NCBI GenBank assembly: GCA_043228905.1 | Contig: JBHGNT010000011.1 | Location: 19,468,001-19,532,000 of the forward strand | From: Azolla caroliniana | Lineage: Eukaryota > Plantae > Polypodiophyta | Direction: 5' to 3' | DNA: 64,000 nt | Shown here: positions 49,591 through 59,323 of the stretch, one piece after another | Layout of the letters: each line of letters begins with the position of its first letter | Position numbering within the stretch: position 1 is the stretch's first letter | The notes under the pieces: generated by a model | Seen by the model: only the letters and a program-made list of their open reading frames with translations | Told to the model about the DNA's origin: nothing | Databases searched by the model: none | Position numbers and translations under genes: made by a program

Positions 49591-52143
49591 ATGAATGAGA
49601 GTCAATTTGTTGAGCTGCTCAAGGCTTGTGCAACCAAGAAGGATCTCCGTGAAGGCGCTCGACTCCATGCCCACATTCTGGAGCAGCGCGGCCTACTTGA
49701 CACCAGCCCCCACATTGCCACCACTCTCATCAGCATGTATGCCAAATGTGGTGCCATCCAGAAAGCCCATCAACTCTTTAGGGAGCTTCCAAACCGAGAT
49801 GTTGTCTCTTGGAATGCCCTCATTGCAGGGTATGCCCAACATGGGCAGATTCATGAAGCTTTTAACGTTTTGGAAAGGATGAGAAATGATGGCATCTCTC
49901 CCAATCCGATCACTTTCACTTCTGCCTTGAAGGCGTGTGGTAGCTCAGGAAGCATTGGCAAAGGCCAACAAATCCACGATGAGATTGTTGCTAGAGGTTT
50001 TCTTGAGAAAAATATAATTGTGCTTGGTAATGCTTTGGTGGGTATGTATGCAAAATGCGGCATGCTCGCAGAAGCACAACAAATGTTGGAAAGGCTTCCT
50101 ATACGAGATGTTGTCTCGTGGTCTGCACTGATTGCAGGATATGCTGAACAAGGGCATGGTAATCAAGCACTTAGCTGTCTTGATGAGATGCAAAAGGAGG
50201 GAATTACGCCAAACGAGATTACGTTTGTATGTGTTCTAAAGGCTTGTCGCAGCATCAGAGCGATTGAAAAGGGCAAGCAAATTCACAATGAGATTGCCAG
50301 CATGGGCTTGCTGAAGAAAAGTGTTATGCTTGGCAATGCTTTGGTGGATTTGTATGCCAAATGTGGCATACTTGCAAAAGCACAAGAAGTGCTTGAAGAG
50401 CTTCATATTCGAGATGTGGTCTCATGGAATTCTCTAATTGCAGGGCATGTCCTTTGGAATCAAGGACATGAAGCACTCAATTGTTTTGAAAGGATGCTAA
50501 GGGAGAGCGTCTCTCCAGATCAAGTCACATTCATTTGCATCTTAAAAGTGTGCGGACACATAAGAGATCCTGTGAAAGGAAATCAAATTCATGATGACAT
50601 TGTCAATAGAGGTTTATTGGAGAAAAATATTGTGCTTGGCAATGCTTTGGTGGATATGTATGCAAAATGTGGTGTTCTTACGAAAGCAAAACTACTACTA
50701 GACGAGCTTCCTTGTCGTGATGTAGTATCATGGTCTGCTCTAATTGCGGGATATACCCAAGAAGGCCAAGACCGTGAAGCATTGAATTGTTTTGAACAAA
50801 TGCAAAGAGAAGGTGTGTGTCCAAATGCTGTCACATTTATCTGCATTCTGAAGTCATGTGGCAGTATAGGAGCTATTGACAAAGGAAAACAAATTCATGA
50901 TGAAATCATTAACAGGGGTTTGTTGAGTGATAATGCTATTCTTGGTAATGCTTTGGTAGATATGTATGCCAAATGTGGTTTTCTTATCAAAGCACAACAA
51001 GTGCTCGAAGAGCATCCTCGTCGAAATGTTGTATCATGGAATGCACTAATTGCTGGGTATGTCCAGCATAAGCAAGGTCAAGAAGCAATGCAATGTTTTG
51101 AAAGAATGCAGAAAGAGGGTCTTGCTCCAAATGAGGCCACAATCATTTCTATTTTGAAAAGCTGTGGTGACATAGGAGCCATTCATGAAGGCAAACGCCT
51201 CCACATCGACATTGTCAACAATGCATTTCTCGAGAAAAATACTCAACTTGGGAATGCTTTGGTGGATATGTACGCTAAATGTGGATTTCTTGCAAAAGCA
51301 CGCCAGGTGCTTGAAGACCTTCCCAATCGAAATACAGTCTCATGGAATACATTAATGGCAGGGTATACTCAAGATAAACAAGGCCATGCAGCATTGGAAT
51401 GTTTTGAACAAATGCTATGGGAGGGTCACTCACCAGACAATATCACCTTCACATGCATCTTGAAGGCGTGTGGTAGTGTTGGAGCTATCGAAAAAGGAAA
51501 AAATATTCATGATACAATTCTCAACAAGGGGCTACTGCAGAACAGCATTGTGCTTGGCAATGCTTTGGTTGATATGTATGCCAAATGCGGTGCATTTGCA
51601 AAAGCACAACAAGTGCTCAATGAACTTCCTGAGCGAGACACGGTCTCTTGGTCTGCATTGATCTCAGGTTATGCTCTAAGAGGGCATTGGCTAGAAGCAT
51701 TGAACTGTTTTGAACAGATGCAAAGGGAGGGCCACTCTCCAAATGATGTAACCCTCTTATGTGTGTTAGATGCGTGTAATCACTCAGGAAAATTGGACGA
51801 GGCCGAAACATATTATGAAAATATGAGCAAAATATATGGGATCACACCAACATCAGAGCACCACACTTGCATGGTTGTGGGTTTCGGAAGTGCAGGGCGT
51901 TTTGATAAGGTATTGTCTGTAATAAAGAAAATGCCATGCTTTCTCATGCCTTCAGTTTGGCTTAGACTACTAGGTTCCTGTAAAAAATGGGGGAATGTGA
52001 AGCTCGGTAGATTGGCCTTTGATCAAGCAATGAAACTCGATAACACACTTTCAGCAGGTTCTAGTATATATGGAACTGCTGATAAGGTTGAAGCCATGAG
52101 AGAGGATGTTGGTACCAGGGAAAAAACAGAAATGAGTTTGTGA
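49591..52143 (+). CDS. PLS-class PPR protein 6 (7 units, E1, internally deleted E2), ~850 aa from first ATG
   Basis: Open ORF (frame open from 49480; first ATG at 49591; a possible splice acceptor lies just upstream); E2 shortened to LSAGSSIYGTADKVEAM. Confidence 0.93.
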   Translation: MNESQFVELLKACATKKDLREGARLHAHILEQRGLLDTSPHIATTLISMYAKCGAIQKAHQLFRELPNRDVVSWNALIAGYAQHGQIHEAFNVLERMRNDGISPNPITFTSALKACGSSGSIGKGQQIHDEIVARGFLEKNIIVLGNALVGMYAKCGMLAEAQQMLERLPIRDVVSWSALIAGYAEQGHGNQALSCLDEMQKEGITPNEITFVCVLKACRSIRAIEKGKQIHNEIASMGLLKKSVMLGNALVDLYAKCGILAKAQEVLEELHIRDVVSWNSLIAGHVLWNQGHEALNCFERMLRESVSPDQVTFICILKVCGHIRDPVKGNQIHDDIVNRGLLEKNIVLGNALVDMYAKCGVLTKAKLLLDELPCRDVVSWSALIAGYTQEGQDREALNCFEQMQREGVCPNAVTFICILKSCGSIGAIDKGKQIHDEIINRGLLSDNAILGNALVDMYAKCGFLIKAQQVLEEHPRRNVVSWNALIAGYVQHKQGQEAMQCFERMQKEGLAPNEATIISILKSCGDIGAIHEGKRLHIDIVNNAFLEKNTQLGNALVDMYAKCGFLAKARQVLEDLPNRNTVSWNTLMAGYTQDKQGHAALECFEQMLWEGHSPDNITFTCILKACGSVGAIEKGKNIHDTILNKGLLQNSIVLGNALVDMYAKCGAFAKAQQVLNELPERDTVSWSALISGYALRGHWLEALNCFEQMQREGHSPNDVTLLCVLDACNHSGKLDEAETYYENMSKIYGITPTSEHHTCMVVGFGSAGRFDKVLSVIKKMPCFLMPSVWLRLLGSCKKWGNVKLGRLAFDQAMKLDNTLSAGSSIYGTADKVEAMREDVGTREKTEMSL

Positions 52144-52425
52144 TTTGATGGAAGTGGGAATGTTCATTCAATTTCTATTACAGATGCAACACATTTTCAA
52201 AGTAAGATAGGTCTTAAAATATCACAGAATATTTCAAAATGATACACTAAAGAAATTAGCTCCAGCCTATGCCTGCATCAAATACACATCAAAGGGGAAG
52301 TAAACATATTTGGAATAGCATCTATCTTGTCCCTCACCAGCTTCGTTCATGTCATGAATACAGGTGGTTATGGTCAAGAAACCATACCACATGACAGTTT
52401 TGAAGATGACAAACATGATTGGTGG
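52144..52425 (+). pseudogene. Decayed DYW remnant behind PPR gene 6
   Basis: Stop TGA sits where the conserved Trp would be; the frame continues FDGSGNVHSISITDATHFQSKI; later FGIASIL...VHVMN...HDSFEDDKHDWW (52309-52425). Confidence 0.8.
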
Positions 52426-53747
52426 AAAAATATTTGTCATGCTGGTAGTACATAACCATTCTTTAATGGAGGTAATTTACATTATCTGAACACTCTACTC
52501 CCCTCTTAAGGATGAGGTATGAAAATCAGGAAGACTTATGCCTGGTGAGATACTTAAAATTGAAGTGGGATCCCTAGTATGACAATTATTAAGATGACTA
52601 TCACAATAGGCCATTGGCCTCACAAATAGGGAGGTGGGTGAGGATTTTCAGACTTCTCTAAAAGTTGTATTCATAGCCAATGTACAGATACCAAGAGCAG
52701 GTTGAGTCTGAGAATGAGAAGGCTCTAATGCTGCATATACCTGCATCACGGCTATTTGCAACTCCCTATGGTATTTTTTGGCAAGTTCATTTAAAATCTT
52801 CCTCTTACTGTGAGGCGTTATCCTTCTATTTTTGCTTCTTCATGTCCTACATAACACAGGTCTGAAACGAGGATGCAGTGTTTACATCCACATTTTATAC
52901 TACCACATGCACTTATCCGCTTGACTTTTACCATCGTCCATCAAAGACAGGAATGACCCAGTCCATTAATTATATCAAAGTGCTTTGGTTGTCTCCCTTG
53001 CATTTGAATGTATATAAATTGTTTCTTGATATTATCTTCATTTATAAAATTGCTGACATGTTCATCTTCATGGGTAGCCCGCAGTTCATACATCTAATGG
53101 TAGTTCTTGAATCAGGTCCTCTTAGAACATAAGGCGTGTTTCCATCATCCTCAGAAACCCAGATTCTTTTACAAACAATCATATATAACTCTAAAATGTT
53201 GGCATCTTTTAAACGGCAGATTGGCATATGAAACTGAATGAGAGACTACGTCTTAAAAGCTTGATTCACTTTTTAGTAGCAACAACCAAAGATAAATATT
53301 ATTAAATGAAAGTCATATGACTTGCAAAAGCCATTATGATGGGAAGATACTGTAGTTTAATATTTATTCACATTACAAATTTGTATCGATAGTTCAAATA
53401 CATTGGCAATATCCAAGCACCCTAATCCTGGTAATTCACATTAATGAAATTGGCCATAATCATGACCATATATCCAAAGTGCTGTCCAAATCTCTCATGG
53501 CTTATACCCATTCTAGGAGTAGTTATAAGAGTGATGCTTCTAAGACAAGTAATCTCATTCCAATTGTTCTGTCTGCAACAATTTGTAACCATTAACACTG
53601 ATCAGTACCCTTCCTTGCCTAGTGAACTTCACATCATGGTCTAGTTCACTAATATTCATAATTTGCGAAGGATGTGCCACATTTACAATCGTTGTAGTTT
53701 TACCACTTAAATATTTTATAGGAGGTAGCACACGTGTCCTCAACAGC

Positions 53748-53953
53748 ATTTGATATTGGTTCTAGTTGTCACTGTGATGGTGGTATATGAAACTGCACAA
53801 CCTTCTTACCAGACATTAATGATCATGAAATAGTGAATGAATCTTGACAGGATTTGATATTGTTTCTAACTGTCACTGTGATGGTGCTACGTGAAACTGC
53901 ACAGGTCCTTTTTATGAGAATTTAATGATCATGAAATAGAGAATGAATCTTGA
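53748..53953. repeat. ~104-bp imperfect tandem duplication
   Basis: atttgatatt...tgtcactgtgatggtg...gaaactgcaca...ttaatgatcatgaaatag...gaatgaatcttga occurs twice. Confidence 0.85.
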
Positions 53954-54514
53954 AATAACTCCAAGTTCATATGAATGTATGTTTCACTCTCCTGCCTTCA
54001 TAATTTCATTCTTATCATCAATCTTGTTGATTGACTACAATTGCATTGTGTTTCTTATAATGGAAGCATTCTCCCCAAAACTTGTATCCATCTTGCCAAA
54101 TCATCTTTGTTGAAGAAATTGCCATTGGCTTTTGCATTGCAAAGAATGCAGTTTTCTAACTTCAATCTGCAACTCATTCTTCATGAGTAATGCAAAGAAG
54201 TTTTCAAATGAAACTGTTTTGAGTCTCATCTGAATGTAGGTACTATTACCAAACTTTCAAATTTGTAGTAATGGGCGTTATAGAATCTCTTTCACCAAGC
54301 ATTTTATGCTCACAATCAACTCTCCAGGTTCTGAATCCTTGTTTCATCTTTCTTCTTGTGTCTTCATATTAACCTCTTTCTAATGCTCCTACCCTTCATT
54401 GCCTTGCAACATGTTAAAAAATGGATGTAGCTAGGTAACAAGGCCACTGACAATTTGCATTCCTTTGATTCCAAGCTCATAGAAGATCATAGGGGCCGAG
54501 AGTTCATTGTGGTT

Positions 54515-55013
54515 CTAGGTCACTCCCAACCCAATATCTAGAAGCTTATACAAATCAAGAATGACAATAATGTTAACTCCATAGAGTAAGTTCGTGGCAT
54601 TTACCTTGCCTTCACTGAATGCTCGTGGATGAAGAGTTTTTTTTTCTTCCAGAATGACCACCAATAAATATTTATGAAGTGATATCTTTATTGGTGTTGT
54701 GGAGGCCTTGATATGCATATTCATGAAAGAAAAAGAGATCAAATCCCTATTCCTTACTGTGTGAAACATCAGACCTTTTGTTGTATCACTATTCTGATAC
54801 ATTCTTTGCAACAATGCAAACTTCAAAATTATTCTCTTTCTGAGATTTTTAAGGACAATTTCCATCATTGCACGCGCTATGAGGATATTTAGACAGCATG
54901 TGTTTTGCATCAGTTTCCATACTCATTCCTGGCTTCTTCAAAGCAGCATTTCTCGCTTTCATGGCTTCTTCAATATTTTGTGCAGCATCCTGCATGCCGC
55001 AGTTGAATAAACG
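54515..55013 (-). pseudogene. Frameshifted E2, PG box and decayed DYW remnant behind PPR gene 7
   Basis: After AYVHV* the frame gives RLFNCGMQDAAQNIEEAMKARNAALKKPGMSMETDA; the 54515-54910 ORF contains KFAL...TTKGLMFHTVRN and LH..AFSEGK, colinear with DYW blocks but without HxE or CxxC. Confidence 0.7.
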
Positions 55014-57578
55014 TTAGACATGTACATAAGCTGCTGCAACAGTCTCATCAAGTCGAATAGCTGAATCAAAAGCTAATCTTCCAAGCTTTACGTTTCCCCA
55101 CTTCCTACAATATCCCAGTAGTAAAAGCCAAACTGAAGGATTCCTACAAGATGGTATTGTCTGAATCACTGACATTGCTTTGTCAAAGCGTCCAGCACAC
55201 CCAAAAAGCCCCACCATGCAAGCATGGTGCTCCAACTCTGGTATAATCCCATATTCTATGCTCATATTCTCATAATATTTTTCGGCCTCATCTAATTTTC
55301 CTGAGTGGCTAAATGCATTCAACAACGAGAGGAAGGTTAACTCGTTTGGAGCAAGCCCTTCCTTTTGCATTTGTTTAAAACAACTCATAGCTTCGGAGTC
55401 CTGCCCCTTTTGAGCATATCCTGCAATCAATGCAGACCAAGAGACAACGTCACGAAGAGGAAGTTCTTTCAGCACTTGATGTGCCCTTGTGAGGACACCA
55501 CATTTGGCGTACATATCCACCAAAGCATTTCCAAGAGCAATATTTGTGCCCAATAATCCTGCATTCACAATCTCATTGTGAATTTGTGTGCCTTTATCAA
55601 TAGTGGCTATGCAACTACAGGCACTTAGGATGCAAGTGAAGGTGACTTCATTTGGAGAGAGTCCCTCTCTCCGCATCAGCGAAAAACAGTCCAGTGCTTC
55701 ATGGCCCTGCCCCTCATGAGTGTAACCTGCAATTAATGCATTCCAGGAGACTGTATCTCTAGCAGGAAGGCCTTCAAGCACATGTGCTGCATTTGCAAGC
55801 ATGCCACATTTGGCATACATGTCCACCAAAGCAGTACCAAGCACAATATTTTTCTTCAAAAAACCCCTATGCATCACTTCTTCATGTATTTGTTTCCCAA
55901 TGTCAGGAGTTCCGATATTGCCACAAGTCTTGAGGATGCATGTGAAGGTGACCTCATCTCCAAAGATTCCCTCTCTTTGCATTCTTTCATAGCAGTTAAG
56001 GGCTTCGTGACCTTGCTCGTGTTGGACACATCCTGCAATAAGTGCATTCCATGATACTATATTTCGAACAGGAAGCTCTTCCAGCACTTGCCATGCTTTC
56101 GTAAGCATGCCACATTTTGCATACATATCCACCGAAGCATTGCCAAGTTCTATGCTTTTCTCTAGCAAGCCCCTCCTCTGAATTTCTTCATGAATTTGTT
56201 TGCCCTTATCAACTGATCTGATGCTTCCACAAGCTTTTAAAATGCAGATGAATGTGACTTCATTGGGACAAAGGCCCTCTCTTTGCATTTGTCCAAAACA
56301 GTTCAGTGCATCATGACCACACCCTTCTTGCACATATCCTGCAATTAGTGCAGACCAAGAGACAATGTCTCGAGAGGGAAGGTCTTCAAGCACTTCCTGT
56401 GCTTTAGCAAGTACACCACATTTAGCGTACATATCAACTAGTGCAGTGCCAAGAACAATGCTGTTCTTAAGCAGACCTCTATTCACGATCTCTTCGTGAA
56501 TTTGTTTACCCTTGTCAATAGCTCCTGTGTTTCCACATGCTTTTAGAATGCAGGTGAATGTGATTTCATTTGGATTGATTCCCTCCACTTGCATCCTTTG
56601 GAAACAATCAAGTGCTTCATGAAATCGCCCTTGCTGAGCATACCCACTGATGAGTGCACACCAAGTAACAGGATTTCGAACAGAAAGCCCTTCGAGCACT
56701 AGCTGAGCTTTTTCTAGTGCACCACATTTGGCATACATATCCACCAAAGCAGTGCCGAGCACAATATCTTTCCCAAGCAAACCTCTGTTGGCGATATCAT
56801 CATGAATTAGTTCACCCTTCTGAAGATCGCCTATAGTGCCACAGGCCTTTAGAATGCAGCTGAAGGTGATCCCATCTGGAGAAAGTCCCTCACTCTGCAT
56901 TCGGTTGAAACAATGGAGGGCTTTGTGGCCTTCCCCTACTCTGGCATATCCTGAAATTAGTGTGGACCAAGACACTACATTGCGGACAGGAAGCTGTTCG
57001 AGCACTTGTTGTGCTCCTGTGAGCACATGACATTTGGCATACATATCAACCAAAGCATTGCCAATCACAATGTTTTTCTTCAGCAGGCCCCTATTAGCAA
57101 TTTCAATATGAATTTGTTTGCCCTTGTCAATAGCTCCGATACCTCCACATGCCTTCAAGATGCAAATGAATGTGACCTTATCTGGTGCAAGGTTCTCCCC
57201 CTGTATCCTTTGGAAGCAGTCAAGAACATGATGGCATTGCCTCTGTTTCACATACCCTGCAAGGAGAGCATTCAAAGAGGCTAAATGTTGAACCGGAAGC
57301 TCTTCAAACACTTGCCTGGCTTTTGCAACTGCCCCGCATTTCATATACATGCTGATTAAAGCACTGGCTACATAAGGGCTTCTTTCGAGCAATCCACAAG
57401 TATTCAGAGTGATATGAGCATGTAGCCTAGAGCCATTATGCAGATCACTCTGCTGACCAAAACTCTTGAATAGCTCAACGAATTTGAAGTCCCGTTCATG
57501 AATGCCATCGTTAGGAACCTGGTTGCATGACTGGCCTGCAGCAGCAGCAGCAGCAGCAGCTCGGTCTTTTCCATCCAT
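55014..57578 (-). CDS. PLS-class PPR protein 7 (7 units, E1, truncated in E2), 854 aa
   Basis: Open ORF; poly-Ala N-terminus; terminates inside E2 through a small deletion. Confidence 0.92.
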   Translation of the reverse strand: MDGKDRAAAAAAAAGQSCNQVPNDGIHERDFKFVELFKSFGQQSDLHNGSRLHAHITLNTCGLLERSPYVASALISMYMKCGAVAKARQVFEELPVQHLASLNALLAGYVKQRQCHHVLDCFQRIQGENLAPDKVTFICILKACGGIGAIDKGKQIHIEIANRGLLKKNIVIGNALVDMYAKCHVLTGAQQVLEQLPVRNVVSWSTLISGYARVGEGHKALHCFNRMQSEGLSPDGITFSCILKACGTIGDLQKGELIHDDIANRGLLGKDIVLGTALVDMYAKCGALEKAQLVLEGLSVRNPVTWCALISGYAQQGRFHEALDCFQRMQVEGINPNEITFTCILKACGNTGAIDKGKQIHEEIVNRGLLKNSIVLGTALVDMYAKCGVLAKAQEVLEDLPSRDIVSWSALIAGYVQEGCGHDALNCFGQMQREGLCPNEVTFICILKACGSIRSVDKGKQIHEEIQRRGLLEKSIELGNASVDMYAKCGMLTKAWQVLEELPVRNIVSWNALIAGCVQHEQGHEALNCYERMQREGIFGDEVTFTCILKTCGNIGTPDIGKQIHEEVMHRGFLKKNIVLGTALVDMYAKCGMLANAAHVLEGLPARDTVSWNALIAGYTHEGQGHEALDCFSLMRREGLSPNEVTFTCILSACSCIATIDKGTQIHNEIVNAGLLGTNIALGNALVDMYAKCGVLTRAHQVLKELPLRDVVSWSALIAGYAQKGQDSEAMSCFKQMQKEGLAPNELTFLSLLNAFSHSGKLDEAEKYYENMSIEYGIIPELEHHACMVGLFGCAGRFDKAMSVIQTIPSCRNPSVWLLLLGYCRKWGNVKLGRLAFDSAIRLDETVAAAYVHV

Positions 57579-57624
57579 AAGGATGGTTCTTCTTCTTCTT
57601 CTTCTTCTTCTTCTTCTTCTTCTT
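57538..57624. repeat. (GCA)n and (CTT)n trinucleotide microsatellites around the start of PPR gene 7
   Basis: (GCA)~7-8 at 57538-57560; (TTC)~13 at 57587-57624. Confidence 0.95.
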
Positions 57625-58268
57625 CAGCAGGTGTTGCCATCACCATCTCTGTTGTATGTTGTCCAGCACCTCCCAGCTAAGGATTGTAAAAGCCATGGGG
57701 GAATGAATCAATGGTCTGGGCGGACGGTTGAAAGAGCCGAAGATCCTCATAGTAACCGAACTGCCTCCGAGCTTATCCTAGTGCCTCGAAGCGATCGGCC
57801 CAATGGCCACCACCGTCATATTCATAAATGTGCGTGAAAAACACTACAATGGGACCACAATTGATTGCGGTCACCACTAGCTACAAGGGTAGTGAGAAAT
57901 TTCTGAATTGCCGATCGGTAAGATGAACACTCCATGGAGGAAAGAATTTCTTTTTGGTCCAATATAAAGAAATTCGCGACATTGGTACTACTTCCGACTT
58001 TCATAGATATGCTTGGCTCCATGTCTACCATCAAATGCAAAAGCAATGCACATATTTCAATTATGACACAATCCATAATATCTCAAAAATAGAAAAAATA
58101 TCTCAAACTTAGATTTTGGGTCGACGTGTGTGAATTGTGCAAATACCCATTGTCTTACTCTCTAAATCTAACAAGTAGTCAAACCATTTTTGTAATTATC
58201 TCTCTCAAAGTCTCTCTTTTATTGTAATTATCTAGGTCTTATGTGTGACCCAATTTTCTCACATATTT

Positions 58269-58423
58269 ATTACAGCATATATATCCTCTTAATTTATTGA
58301 ATGACATTGTGGAATGTTGAGGTTGAACCCATGATTGACAATTGATTACAGCATATATATCCTCTTAATTTATTGAATGACATTGTGGAATGTTGAGGTT
58401 GAACCCATGATTGACAATTGATT
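58269..58423. repeat. 76-bp perfect tandem duplication
   Basis: attacagcatatatatcctcttaatttattgaatgacattgtggaatgttgaggttgaacccatgattgacaattg at 58269 and 58345. Confidence 0.95.
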
Positions 58424-58547
58424 GATTTCTCTCATAATTAGCTTACCCTAATGGTAGGTCATTTACACTATTAGGCACTACATCTTCGAAAGCCAGTTTT
58501 ATCACCGACTCTCTATTATTCAACAGATATCTCTTATTTCACTAGAT

Positions 58548-58625
58548 GTCATTGTGGAATGTAGGGGTTGAACCCATGACCACTTGGTCTCCATTGGGCA
58601 ACCTTATCAGCTAAGCTACATCCAT
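58548..58625 (-). mobile_element. tRNA-derived SINE-like head
   Basis: Minus strand TGTAGCTTAGCTGATAAGG (A-box-like) ... GGGTTCAACCCC (B-box-like) at tRNA-like spacing; no convincing cloverleaf. Confidence 0.5.
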
Positions 58626-59323
58626 ATGGCCTCTCTCTCTCTCTCTCTCACCGTAGTGGTAAGTTATTACACCGCTAGCACTACATCTTGGGTCCGACGC
58701 TCAGTTCTCTCACTTTCTTAGACATTCAGCCACATTTTTCTAAATTCTTTTGAAAATAAGTATGGCAAAATAAGTAGGCAATACAACCTAGTGGATGATG
58801 GACACAATTATTTGCGATGGATCATTTTTATCGTGCTCATATTGACATGGCACAGGGTCCCTACAAAAAGGTGTTGGGCCATGTATGGGGGGTTCGGTGC
58901 CGGAAGGTCAAGGGAGTTAATGGGTGGCCTGATGATGAAGGGCCTGCGAAGCATTGGGCTTGACTTGACCGTGTGTAAGACCCTCCTATATATGTATGTA
59001 TACATAGGACAATAGAAACATAGAGATCAATTTGGTCAATTTGTCTATCATTCTCTCAGTCCCTTGTTAACTAACTCTCCTCCGTGAGACAGAGTTAGTT
59101 ATGACAACATGCCCTCCCAAAGGTCCATCGCCATGCCACTCAACATCAATTCAGCAAACAGAGACAGATTTTGTTTTGGGACAGTTATTATAGCTCCAGA
59201 AATTTTGCCCGACCTATTTTTTTTTTCAAGCAATCGATTTAGCAGACGAGTCCTTTGGTGGAAATTGATGGTGATGGATATGGATATGGATATTTTTACC
59301 ATCCCTCATTTGCTATCACACGG

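Noticed and set aside
44999-52425. Stop-codon read-through or editing restoring DYW in genes 5 and 6
   Set aside because: Although in frame past TGA, the downstream sequence lacks HxE and CxxC and has deletions and further stops, so read-through would not yield an active deaminase.
58548-58625. Functional tRNA gene
   Set aside because: A and B boxes are present but acceptor and anticodon stems do not pair convincingly.
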